Positions 48,012 to 57,673 of a DNA stretch of 64,000 nt are shown piece after piece. Under the pieces are notes generated by a model. It was not told the origin of the DNA. It made no database searches and worked only from the letters and a program-made list of their open reading frames with translations. Source of the stretch: Akkermansia muciniphila (GTDB lineage: Bacteria > Verrucomicrobiota > Verrucomicrobiia > Verrucomicrobiales > Akkermansiaceae); contig CAMDAD010000010.1 in assembly GCA_945888515.1 (NCBI GenBank), positions 39,608 through 103,607 of the forward strand, given 5' to 3'. The translations under genes were made by a program, and so were the position numbers. Position 1 is the first letter of the stretch. The number at the start of each line of letters is the position of its first letter.

Positions 48012-51000
48012 ATGAAAACATCTCGCAGTCACCGTTTTTTTGCTCCCTACTTGTGGGTGCTGGCCTGCATTGCCCAGAGCGCGGTATCCCTCGCTGCGGA
48101 CTTCTACGTCGATCCTGTTTCCGGAAACAATGCGAACAATGGCACGTCTCCCGCCACCGCGTTCAAGACCATAGAGAAAGCGCGTAATGCGGTGCGTTTG
48201 ATCAATACAAGCATGACGGAGGACATCACCGTCCATCTGCGCGGAGGCATCCACCGCCTTGCCGCGACGCTGACGCTCGGGCCATCGGATTCAGGAAGGA
48301 ATGGCTTCAAGGTGGTGTATCAGAATTACGGAAGCGAAGTCCCCGTCATCAGCGGCGGCCTGAATCTCTCAGGCGGTTGGGTGCTTCATGATGCAGTAAA
48401 GAATATCTACAAGAAGACTGGGGTCACGAACCAGTTTCGACAGTTGACCGTAAATGCCTCCTCGACCATCAGGGCGAGAACGCCGAATCAAACCAATCCG
48501 GACACACTCGGCCCGTATCTCACCATGATCGGAATCGACGCCGCGGCTCAAGAGGCGATCGTCCCGCGGGCACCCATCGAAGGCTGGAGGAGTGTCGCCG
48601 GTCTCGCCAACGTGGAAGTGGTCATGCACCCGCATTGGTATCAATACCGCGGGAGAGTCGACGACCGCCCAGCCGCAGAAGGCGGCTCCTACCAAAATGC
48701 TACCCAAGTCCGTTTCAAATTCCAATCGCCGGAGAACGGTTCGATTTTTGGGAAAGGTGACAGTTTCTGGGATAGCGCCACCTATCCCGTGCCTTACTTT
48801 GTCGAGAACTCGATCGATTTTCTCGATGCTGAGGGCGAGTGGTTCCTTGATACCGCCGCCGCAACTCTCTACTACAAACCGCGCCCGGGTGAATACATGC
48901 CCACCGCCACCGTCGAAGCGCCGGTGCTGGAAAGGCTGATCCAGATATCCGGCACCTCCTCCAGCATCAGCAACAAGGTGCGCGATGTCTGCTTCGAAGG
49001 GATCACCTTCACCCAGACCGGCTGGAATGGCCCCAGCACCAAAGGTTCCGCCATGACCCAGGGTGCTAGGGAGCTGGTCCAACCCTTTGCGAAGCATGGA
49101 GCGATCACGGCGCAGTTTGCCGACAATATCGATATCGCATTCTGCCAGTTCCGTTTCCTCGGCTTCAGTGCCATTTCCTATGTCAAGGGAGTTACGGGCG
49201 GCTCCATCCGCAACTGCGATTTCCGTTGGCTCTCCGGGAATGGCATCGTGATTCATGACGATGGCACTAAGAACCCGTCCGAGGGTGATGCTTGCCAGAA
49301 CATCCGGATCGTCAACAACGGCATCACCCGCTTCGGCCAGCAATACAGTAATGGGATCGGCATCGTCTCTTATTTCGTGAAACGCATGCTCATCGCGGAC
49401 AATGAAATCTCTTACGGCCCCTATATGGGCACCCAGACGGGAGGGCAGACCGGTGGTCACGAGGAAGCGGGCATGAAGGACAACATCCTAAGAAACAATT
49501 ACGTCCATCACGTGATGCAGTTTCACGACGACGGCGCGGCGTTTTACACACTGGCCCGCCAGCAAGGGACGCATGTCGTGGACAACTGGGCGGATACGAT
49601 TCAGTGGGCCGAGCTCACAGGTGCTTATCCAGTGGCTGGGATCTATGCGGATAACTACTCGGAATTCATCACCTACGAGCGAAACGCCAATGTGAACTGC
49701 TCCAGGGCTATCAACCAGAATACCGGCGGTGGAGTGCGGAACATTCGGTTGATTTCCAATGTCACCACGGCGGACGCGACCATCACTGATTATGCGGGCC
49801 GCAAGACGAGCTATGTCATGCCGACCAAGATCGAGGCCGAGAACATGACGACCACCGGAGGAACCACCGAGTCAGGAGTATCAGCATACTCCAATGATGC
49901 GGGGCGCACTTTCAGCGCGGCCGGAAATCTCAGCACTACCTTCGCCGGTGCGGCCGGAACCTACAACATTCACACGGCTTATGTCACTGGGGACAGCGCC
50001 GCGGCGAGTTATGTGCTGCGCCGCAACGGAACGAATATCGATTCGTGGAGCGCAGAACTGACCCCGGCCGGCACAGGACTTCAAATCCGCCATCGGATCG
50101 AGCGGGCGGTCACTCTGGCACCCGGGGATGTGATCCGGCTCGATGTCACTCCCGTTTCCGGGACTCCAGCCAAGGTCGATTACGTGGAAATCTATAGCCG
50201 ACAACTCGCAACGCCCCTTGCGCCCGAAAGCCTGACGGCGACTTCTGCTTCCGCCACGAAAATCGCACTGGCTTGGGAGGGTTGGACGGGGGGAGATACA
50301 TCGGCAACGTATGACATCTTCCGGGCGACTACTCAAGCTGGTCCGTTTACCAGCATTGCCACGGGAGTCAACGGCACGACCTGGATGGACTCGCACTTGG
50401 TCCAAGGCACTGCGTATTTCTATAAGGTCAGGATGACCACGGCCGAGGGGACGAGCCCAGACAGCGCGACCGTGAGCGCCACACCGCAACCGTCTGCTAA
50501 CATAGCCACGCTCGAATCTAGCGCCGATGCCTTTGTCCGGGCAGGCACTCATGCCACAACCAACTTCGGCACGGTGGATACACTCGTCGTAAAGAATTCC
50601 GCCGCCGCCGACACCCAACGGAAGTCATACATCCGCTTCGATCTAACTGGGCAAAACATACACTCTACGCCGAACGCCTCCCTGCAGTTCATGGTCGCGA
50701 GTGCTTGGGCTGATTCGACGCCATGGCTGGTCTATGGATTGAAAAACGCGGACGCAGGGGAATCCTGGGGCGAGAGCACGATCACGTGGAACAACGCACC
50801 GGCCAACACTACAAGCTCAGGAGACGGACTCGGTGGCAGCCGGGTGACGCTGCTCGGCACACTTGCCACCACCGGACCTCAGCCATTGGGGCAGGTGCTG
50901 GAGTTACAGTCCGCAGCCCTTGATGCCTTCCTTTTGGCGGATACCGATGATAAGGTAACATTCATTCTGACCCGCGCCAGCACCCTAGCTGGCAACTCCA

Positions 51001-52412
51001 TCGTGGCATCGAAAGAACACGCTACCATCGCCGCTCCGGCCTTGGAATTTGATAAGGTCGTGCTGGGCACCAACGGCACTATCGAAGTCTCCGGTAGCAC
51101 CCAGCGCTATCAAGAGACAGATTCGCTGACCAATACCATTTCTAGCTTCAACGTGCCTGATGGTGCCAACCGCAAGCTGGTGCTGATGGCCAGTTGGGAA
51201 CAACCAGGTCCGGCTAGTATCAGCGCGACTTGGAAAGGAACCCAGAATTTCACGACGGCGGTGAAATCCGCAACCGGCAGAAATGCGACGATCCTCTATC
51301 TTGATGACCCGGCCCCGGGCGCGGGAAACATTGTCGTGACCTTCGCTGCGGCCACCCAGTCACGAGTCGGGGTGCTGAGTTTGGCTGGCGTCGCGCCTGG
51401 TGTGGCAAGAACCTCGACCTCCACCGGCTTTTCCGGTAGCTTGATCGTCCCGGTAAATCAGAGCTTGGTGATCGGCGGTTACACATCTAACAACTTACCC
51501 ACCATCACCGGTCCCTTCACCAGCACCCTCTATAGCGGTGATTCCGGTTCGTCTGCGGGCAACGCGGGCTACCGGATGGTGGCAACGGCGGGCTTGGCCA
51601 ATTACACTTGGACGGTCAGTGCTCCGTCGTCCGACAACAACGCTTTGGCAGCCTTCGTGCCTGTCGTTGCCGCTCCAGTCATTACCACCATCAGCCCGGC
51701 GGACAATGTCACCGGTGTGCTTGTCGATGCCAACCTCGTCGCAAACTTCAGCGAGCCGGTCGTCTACGGAACCGGCACGATCACGCTCAGGAGAAGCTCC
51801 GACCACAGCACGGTTGAGAGCTTTGATGTGGCTTCTTCGCCGAGACTCGACTTCAGCGGCCAGAGTCTAACTATTGATCCGACCAACAACCTGGACTGGG
51901 CAACGGGTTACCATCTCCAGATCGACTCTACCGCGATCCTTGACACCTCGGGCGATGATGCCTTCGCAGGCATTTCCAGCACTACGGCATGGAACTTCAC
52001 CACCGTCGTTCCCACCTTCTCCACTTGGATCTCCAGCTTTGGCCTCGCTGTTGCCGACCGCGATCTCGCCGATGACCCTGATGGCGACGGAATCGACAAC
52101 GGCGTGGAAAACTTCTTCGGCACTCACCCCGGCACCTTCACGCAAGGGCTGATTGCGGGGAGCAAGAGCGGAAATACATTCACTTTCACCCACCCACAGA
52201 ACGCCGCTCTGGCCACCGATCTCACCGCGAGCTACCGCTGGTCCACCGATCTCGCCACCTTCCACCTCGGCGGTGCCACCAGTGGCGGAACCACCGTGAA
52301 TTTCACCACCCAATCGAACACACCCGCCTCTGGCTTCACCCGGGTCACCGCCACCGCCACTGGGACGCTTCCCGCCCGTCTGTTTGTTGATGTAAGGGTG
52401 ACGGGACCTTGA
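48012..52412 (+). CDS. giant secreted right-handed beta-helix protein with CBM6-like, FN3, DNRLRE-like and Ig-like domains and a Tsp3-like C-terminal module
   Basis: Signal peptide MKTSRSHRFFAPYLWVLACIAQSAVSLAADF. Beta-helix repeats (IRNCDFRWLSGNGIVIHDD, NIRIVNNGIT). CBM-like IEAENMTTTGG...VDYVEIY. FN3 GTAYFYKVRMTT. ADAFVRAGTHATTNFG...SYIRFDL. DDPDGDGIDNGVENFFG. Confidence 0.88.
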   Translation: MKTSRSHRFFAPYLWVLACIAQSAVSLAADFYVDPVSGNNANNGTSPATAFKTIEKARNAVRLINTSMTEDITVHLRGGIHRLAATLTLGPSDSGRNGFKVVYQNYGSEVPVISGGLNLSGGWVLHDAVKNIYKKTGVTNQFRQLTVNASSTIRARTPNQTNPDTLGPYLTMIGIDAAAQEAIVPRAPIEGWRSVAGLANVEVVMHPHWYQYRGRVDDRPAAEGGSYQNATQVRFKFQSPENGSIFGKGDSFWDSATYPVPYFVENSIDFLDAEGEWFLDTAAATLYYKPRPGEYMPTATVEAPVLERLIQISGTSSSISNKVRDVCFEGITFTQTGWNGPSTKGSAMTQGARELVQPFAKHGAITAQFADNIDIAFCQFRFLGFSAISYVKGVTGGSIRNCDFRWLSGNGIVIHDDGTKNPSEGDACQNIRIVNNGITRFGQQYSNGIGIVSYFVKRMLIADNEISYGPYMGTQTGGQTGGHEEAGMKDNILRNNYVHHVMQFHDDGAAFYTLARQQGTHVVDNWADTIQWAELTGAYPVAGIYADNYSEFITYERNANVNCSRAINQNTGGGVRNIRLISNVTTADATITDYAGRKTSYVMPTKIEAENMTTTGGTTESGVSAYSNDAGRTFSAAGNLSTTFAGAAGTYNIHTAYVTGDSAAASYVLRRNGTNIDSWSAELTPAGTGLQIRHRIERAVTLAPGDVIRLDVTPVSGTPAKVDYVEIYSRQLATPLAPESLTATSASATKIALAWEGWTGGDTSATYDIFRATTQAGPFTSIATGVNGTTWMDSHLVQGTAYFYKVRMTTAEGTSPDSATVSATPQPSANIATLESSADAFVRAGTHATTNFGTVDTLVVKNSAAADTQRKSYIRFDLTGQNIHSTPNASLQFMVASAWADSTPWLVYGLKNADAGESWGESTITWNNAPANTTSSGDGLGGSRVTLLGTLATTGPQPLGQVLELQSAALDAFLLADTDDKVTFILTRASTLAGNSIVASKEHATIAAPALEFDKVVLGTNGTIEVSGSTQRYQETDSLTNTISSFNVPDGANRKLVLMASWEQPGPASISATWKGTQNFTTAVKSATGRNATILYLDDPAPGAGNIVVTFAAATQSRVGVLSLAGVAPGVARTSTSTGFSGSLIVPVNQSLVIGGYTSNNLPTITGPFTSTLYSGDSGSSAGNAGYRMVATAGLANYTWTVSAPSSDNNALAAFVPVVAAPVITTISPADNVTGVLVDANLVANFSEPVVYGTGTITLRRSSDHSTVESFDVASSPRLDFSGQSLTIDPTNNLDWATGYHLQIDSTAILDTSGDDAFAGISSTTAWNFTTVVPTFSTWISSFGLAVADRDLADDPDGDGIDNGVENFFGTHPGTFTQGLIAGSKSGNTFTFTHPQNAALATDLTASYRWSTDLATFHLGGATSGGTTVNFTTQSNTPASGFTRVTATATGTLPARLFVDVRVTGP

Positions 52413-52446
52413 ACGTTCATTCCAGTAATCACACTACCACCAGATC

Positions 52447-53811
52447 ATGCATCTCAAACATCTCATCCTCACCCTGATCCTGCTCGCCACCGCCACTGGT
52501 GCCGAGCGGCCTAACATTTTGTTCATCGCCATCGATGACCTCCGCCCCGAGCTCGGATGTTACGGAGCCCCGCAGGTCAAAACACCGCATATCGATCAAC
52601 TCGCCGCCGACGGCATGCGCTTCGACCGCGCCTATTGCCAGGTGCCGATCTGCATGGGCTCGCGCGCGTCGCTCATGACTGGGATGCTGCCCACCGCCAA
52701 ACGCTTCGTGGGAAATTGCCGCATGGACGTGGATGTGCCCACCGCCGCGACCTTGCCGGAGGTGTTTCGCAAAGCGGGCTACACCACTCTTTCTAACGGA
52801 AAAATCTATCACAATCAGGAAGACGCGGCGGACCGAAGCTGGAGCGAAGCGCCGTGGATGACTCGCGACAACATGCGCAGCTTCGACCCGGAGACCAAGC
52901 GTCGGCTTTCCAAAACCAAACAGCGCGGCCGCATCTACGAATTCCCCAATGTGGCCGACGATGTTTATCCCGATGGCGAAATCGCACAAAAAACCATCAA
53001 GGATCTCCAGCGACTCAAGCTCGAAGGAAAACCATTTTTCCTCGCCTGTGGATTTTTCAAACCGCACATGCCTTTCTATGCGCCGAAAAAATACTGGGAT
53101 CTTTACCCGCGCGATGCCATCCAACTCGCCCCCAACCGCCAACGCCCAGCCAAGGCGCCCGAGCAACTCGAAGGCAGCAATGAGTTCCGCAGTTACCACC
53201 TCGCGGACATGGATCCAAACTCGGACGAGTTCCACCGCATCATGCGCCACGGCTACCTCGCCTGCACCAGCTATACCGATCAACTCACCGGCGATGTGCT
53301 CGCGGAACTCGATCGACTCGGCCTTGCGGAAAACACCATCATCGTGCTCTGGGGTGACCACGGCTGGCACCTCGGCGAGCACAATTTCTGGGGCAAACAC
53401 AACACCATGCACCTCGCCATTCGCGTGCCGCTCATCGTGAAAGTCCCCGGTAAAAAACCGGGTGTCTCCGCAAGCCTCGTCGAGACCGCCGACCTCTTCC
53501 CCAGCCTCTGTGCGCTCGCCGGCATCGCCACACCCGCGACCGTGCAGGGCCGCGATTTCACCGCACTACTCGATGACCCTAACAAAAAAATCCACGAAGC
53601 CGCCTACAGCCGTTTCCTGAATGCCGATGCCGTCATCACCGATCGCTTTAGCTACACCAGCTACGACAACGGCAAAGCCCACATGCTCTACGATCTCACC
53701 AAAGACCCGCAGGAAAACAAAAACATCGCCGACGATCCCAAGCATACGGAAACCGTCGCCACGATGAAAAAACTGCTCAAGAAACGCATGGAGCAAGCGA
53801 AGAAGTCGTGA
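52447..53811 (+). CDS. sulfatase (iduronate-2-sulfatase-like) with a non-canonical C-M-G-S-R maturation motif
   Basis: Signal peptide. NILFIAIDDLRPELGCYG. Active-site segment CQVPICMGSRASLMTG (TGC ATG GGC TCG CGC at 52651-52665). WGDHGWHLGEH. Confidence 0.9.
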   Translation: MHLKHLILTLILLATATGAERPNILFIAIDDLRPELGCYGAPQVKTPHIDQLAADGMRFDRAYCQVPICMGSRASLMTGMLPTAKRFVGNCRMDVDVPTAATLPEVFRKAGYTTLSNGKIYHNQEDAADRSWSEAPWMTRDNMRSFDPETKRRLSKTKQRGRIYEFPNVADDVYPDGEIAQKTIKDLQRLKLEGKPFFLACGFFKPHMPFYAPKKYWDLYPRDAIQLAPNRQRPAKAPEQLEGSNEFRSYHLADMDPNSDEFHRIMRHGYLACTSYTDQLTGDVLAELDRLGLAENTIIVLWGDHGWHLGEHNFWGKHNTMHLAIRVPLIVKVPGKKPGVSASLVETADLFPSLCALAGIATPATVQGRDFTALLDDPNKKIHEAAYSRFLNADAVITDRFSYTSYDNGKAHMLYDLTKDPQENKNIADDPKHTETVATMKKLLKKRMEQAKKS

Positions 53812-54006
53812 GTCTCATGAGTGCCGATCACTCACTGCGACGACCTCAAGCGCCCCTTGGAAGGCGGACATCAGGAAAGCAGAAGAACGCATTTCTAACG
53901 AATTAGAGGGCGAATTGCTGGCGCATTGGTTCTTCCCTTATTCTGCGAGTCATACAGGCAATTCCCTCTTGATTCTCCCTTTGCCCCTCTCTAGCATTCG
54001 CCCGCC

Positions 54007-55335
54007 ATGGCTGCTTCTACTTCAATTCTTCCGGATCAACTGCACGAATACCCGAAACTCGATGTCATCGACGGAGCTGGCAGCGGATCGGATTCGATTC
54101 TCGATGATTGCCTCAACCAAAACGACGGCGTGCTGCAGCTTCTGCACCGCTATGCCGGCCGCACCTTTTGCACGCCGGGCAAGCGCCTGCGTCTCGATGC
54201 GAAATCCTACTACCCGGACTACATGGGGGGAACCGGTCTCGATGAAGTCTGGATGTGCTGCACCGTGCCCATCGTGACGGGCGTCGTTGATACCCGCACG
54301 GGTAAAGCGCCTTTCCGTGAAGGGGAAGCGCACGTCCTCACGCCCAGCGGGCAAGTGATTTCCCTACAGGATTTGATCGAGGCCGATCCGGTGGCAGTCA
54401 TGGGAGAAAAAGTCACGGAATTTTCGAAATCCTTGTTCGGCAAGGCCACCTGGCCGATTGTATCGAAGAAGTTCGACAACCTGAACCCCATCCCTCACCA
54501 TCTTCATTGGGCGAAGTGGGAAGTGTACGACATCAATTCTTTCGACAACCCTGGCGTCAGTCCGTCGCACTATCATACCACGGCCATGGGGCTTTATCCC
54601 TTCGTGACGAAGGACCAGTTCCTCGCCTGCATGAAGAGCTGGGGACAGGGTGCCTACAACGGCGTCAGGCACTTGTCGCCGCACACGATGATGCACATTG
54701 ATAACGGCTTCGTGATGCCCAATGGAGTGCTGCACTCTCCCACGGATCTTTGCACGCACGAGCTGCACGTCACGATGGACGAGCATTTCCTCGCCGAGGA
54801 TCTGACACTGGATGGACGGATCGGCGCGGCGGATGCGTTTTATGCCTGCCGCGAAGAAGACTACCCGAAAGCCCGTCACGAAGACTGGGAATTCCTCGTG
54901 GACACCTTCGATTTCAAAGCCAATCAGGACCCAGACTTCGTCCAAAAATACTCACGCCCGGCCCTCACCGCCGAGGAATTTTCCGGCGAAGGCGTGGAAG
55001 CCAAGTGGATCGTGTACGGTGAGATCCTCGGCGATCAAAAGTGCTCGATTCTCCGCCTTACCATCGCACCCGGAGCCAAGACGAATTTCCGCCCGGAGAG
55101 TCCGACCTTATTCCACACGAACCGTGGCCGCGGCCGCGTTGGCAAGCTTGCGGTGCAATACAACCAGGACATGAAGCTGGGCGAAATCTATGCCGAGATC
55201 GGATTCATCACCCAAGCCGCACTCAACCGTGGCGGGGTGGAAATCGAAAACACCGGAAGTGAACCGCTCGTATTGACCTTCGACTTCCCACAACACGCGC
55301 ATTCCAACATTCCCGGTGTTGTCGTTGCAGGCTAA
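54007..55335 (+). CDS. hypothetical cytoplasmic protein, possibly a cupin/phosphomannose-isomerase-like fold
   Basis: 442 aa with no signal peptide. His-rich segments (IPHHLHWAKWEV, NGVLHSPTDLCTHELHV). C-terminal beta-rich segment KCSILRLTIAPGAKTNF...GRGRVG. The fold call is by pattern only. Confidence 0.75.
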   Translation: MAASTSILPDQLHEYPKLDVIDGAGSGSDSILDDCLNQNDGVLQLLHRYAGRTFCTPGKRLRLDAKSYYPDYMGGTGLDEVWMCCTVPIVTGVVDTRTGKAPFREGEAHVLTPSGQVISLQDLIEADPVAVMGEKVTEFSKSLFGKATWPIVSKKFDNLNPIPHHLHWAKWEVYDINSFDNPGVSPSHYHTTAMGLYPFVTKDQFLACMKSWGQGAYNGVRHLSPHTMMHIDNGFVMPNGVLHSPTDLCTHELHVTMDEHFLAEDLTLDGRIGAADAFYACREEDYPKARHEDWEFLVDTFDFKANQDPDFVQKYSRPALTAEEFSGEGVEAKWIVYGEILGDQKCSILRLTIAPGAKTNFRPESPTLFHTNRGRGRVGKLAVQYNQDMKLGEIYAEIGFITQAALNRGGVEIENTGSEPLVLTFDFPQHAHSNIPGVVVAG

Positions 55336-55366
55336 TCGTTTGAATGACTTTGGGTGGCAAGGGGGG

Positions 55367-56818
55367 TCATTTCTTCCCTTTTCCTTTCGGCTTATTGCCC
55401 GCAGCTCCATTCATGAGATCGGGTAGGGGCAGGTAGTCGAAATCGAGAATCATCTTCTCCGCCAGGGCAAGGCGTAGCGATCGCTCCACTGCCGCCAACT
55501 CGGGCTTGCCGCTGAGATTGTTCAGCTCCGAGGGATCGGCATCGAGGTCATAGAGCTCATACACGGGACGCGGGGAGGTGAAATACGTCGCGACCAATCC
55601 TGCGGAAAGTTTCCCCTGTTCCTTGGCTTGCCTCATCTGATACCATGCCCCCCCTCCGGTGGAATCCACCGGCGCGTAGGGAAGCCACGGCGTGCAGTTG
55701 TAGATCAGCTTGTGGTGATCGCTCCGAACAGCGCGGGAGAGGTCGTAGCCGCTGTTTGACATCCCTAACGCAACGGGCGCACTGCCGTGCGGACCGCGTT
55801 CGAGAAAGACGTGTTTGCGCGGCTGCTGCGTTTCGCCTTTCAGCAATGGCAGGAAACTTACTCCGCTCATTTTTGGAATGGAAGCCACTCCGGCGGCGGC
55901 GAGAAGGGTCGGCGCTAGGTCCTCACCGCTGAGTAGTGCTCGCGATTCCGTGCCGGGTTTCACGACTCCCGGCCAGCGCACGAGACAAGGCACGTTGCAG
56001 CCGGGGTCATACAGCGAGCCTTTGCCATGTGGAAGGGCGGCACCGTTGTCGCCGATGAAAACAATCACCGTCGAATCGAACAGGCCGCGTTTTTTCAATA
56101 CCTCTAAGACACCCGCGAGAGTGTGATCCAGGCGGTTGACCTCGGCACAGTAGTCCGCCAACTGCGCCCGCACACCCGGCAGGTCGGGCCAGTGGGCGGG
56201 CAATTGCAATGTCGCGGGATCAGGACGGTAGTCGGCGGGAGCGCTCCACTCATGGTGGGGATCGCTGAAATTCGCCCACATGAAAAAGGGCTTCTCCGCT
56301 GGCTTCTGATCAAGAAATGTCTCCAATTGCGACGCCACTGCGTTATCGGCGCAGACATTGAGAAAATCCACTCGCTGTGCAAAGGTCTTGAGTTTGTGTT
56401 GATCAAAAAGCGCATTCATCTCTTTGCTGGCGACTTTCGTGGAGCCATCGAGATGGTAACTGCGACCGCAAATGCCGGTGAAATATCCCGCCTGCGATCG
56501 CAGCAACTCGGGGAACGTAATCTCGTCCCTAGCCAGTGGTGCCGAAAACCGGGTGATGCGCGCCGCCACCGGCGAACGCCCCGTCAATAGCGAGGCGCGG
56601 GAGGGCACGCACTGCGGCGCAGTGGTGAAAAACCGATGGAACTTCATGCCCTCGGCGGCGATACGATCCAGCGTGGGGGTCTTGACGTTCTTATCACCAT
56701 AACAACTCAGAAACGGATAGCTGTGGTCGTCACTAAGGAGGAAAAGCATGTTCGGCTTGGCCGCGAAAGACGAACTCGCGAGGGTGAGTGACGAGAGGAA
56801 GAGGAAAAGGATTTTCAT
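55367..56818 (-). CDS. arylsulfatase-family sulfatase
   Basis: Signal peptide MKILFLFLSSLTLASSSFA. NMLFLLSDDHSYP. Canonical APQCVPSRASLLTGR. ATG at 56818. Confidence 0.9.
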   Translation of the reverse strand: MKILFLFLSSLTLASSSFAAKPNMLFLLSDDHSYPFLSCYGDKNVKTPTLDRIAAEGMKFHRFFTTAPQCVPSRASLLTGRSPVAARITRFSAPLARDEITFPELLRSQAGYFTGICGRSYHLDGSTKVASKEMNALFDQHKLKTFAQRVDFLNVCADNAVASQLETFLDQKPAEKPFFMWANFSDPHHEWSAPADYRPDPATLQLPAHWPDLPGVRAQLADYCAEVNRLDHTLAGVLEVLKKRGLFDSTVIVFIGDNGAALPHGKGSLYDPGCNVPCLVRWPGVVKPGTESRALLSGEDLAPTLLAAAGVASIPKMSGVSFLPLLKGETQQPRKHVFLERGPHGSAPVALGMSNSGYDLSRAVRSDHHKLIYNCTPWLPYAPVDSTGGGAWYQMRQAKEQGKLSAGLVATYFTSPRPVYELYDLDADPSELNNLSGKPELAAVERSLRLALAEKMILDFDYLPLPDLMNGAAGNKPKGKGKK

Positions 56819-57095
56819 GGAACCAACTATGAGATATGGCAAAGCTATGTCCATCCTTTTTGTCTACGCGTTTTCCGACCTGAGTGAGGGAATCCCGCAC
56901 TCCATCACCGCCAGTGGCACGGTGCTGGATCGATTGTTTGTTGATGACTTGGTGACGCAACCGTAAATACCAGGCACCCCTGTCAGGCAGGAAGGGGACG
57001 ATTCTCAGTAAAAAAAGCATCGGACGCTCGCCTCATGCTGCAATCAGCTGCCGCGACTACGACTCCGAGGATCAAACACCGACCCACTGCTCTCT

Positions 57096-57521
57096 TCAGG
57101 ACTTTTTGTGCAAGACCTCGACTTTCACGGGGACGACGCCGCGCGAGTAGAACCCGAGGCGCTCGGCGCAGCCTACGGTCACATCGATGATGCGGCCTTT
57201 GGTGTAGGGGCCGCGGTCGGTGATGCGCACGATTTCTGATTTTCCATTGTCGAGATTGGTCACGCGGACATGGGTTCCCATGGGCAGGGTTTTGTGAGCG
57301 GCTGTGGCCGCTGCATTAGAGAGCCGCTCCCCACTGGCGGTGCGTGTGCCTGCATTGGTTTTGACAGAATACCATGATGCCTTGCCATGTTGGACCGTGC
57401 GGACGTTCCATTTTTCCCGGGTGCTCGAGTTCTTTGAGGCAATGCCGCCCTCAGAAGCGCAAGAATCCAGCACAGCCAGAGAGAGCAGTGCGGTGAGCCA
57501 GTAAGTGGTGGTGTGGTTCAT
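57096..57521 (-). CDS. rlpA: RlpA-family septal ring lytic transglycosylase (DPBB domain) lipoprotein
   Basis: GKASWYSVKTNAGTRTASGERL...AAHKTLPMGTHVRVTNLDNGKSEIVRITDRGPY. Confidence 0.85.
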   Translation of the reverse strand: MNHTTTYWLTALLSLAVLDSCASEGGIASKNSSTREKWNVRTVQHGKASWYSVKTNAGTRTASGERLSNAAATAAHKTLPMGTHVRVTNLDNGKSEIVRITDRGPYTKGRIIDVTVGCAERLGFYSRGVVPVKVEVLHKKS

Positions 57522-57673
57522 GTCGATCCCTTCCTAGAGCATGATTTTGGGTAGTGCAAGCGATTTTCCGCATTTTATGACAGGATCCGACCCTTCCCCG
57601 CACGCGGCCAAGCTCCAGACTGTGCCTGAAATCAGAAATTCTCCGCCTTGCTCCCAGTGGATGCCGTTTCGCG

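Noticed and set aside
52429-53412. 327-aa minus-strand ORF antisense to the sulfatase gene, and similar antisense ORFs at 48369-49460, 45015-45797, 44438-45310 and 35493-36341
   Set aside because: The sense-strand genes (sulfatase, beta-helix giant, argF, argD, pbpC) are well supported. The antisense ORFs lack motifs and have a skewed composition.
56980-57095. Possible terminator after rlpA (AGCAT...ATGCT followed by TTTTTTT on the minus strand)
   Set aside because: The stem is only 4-5 bp with a ~14-nt loop. The T-tract alone is not enough to call a terminator.
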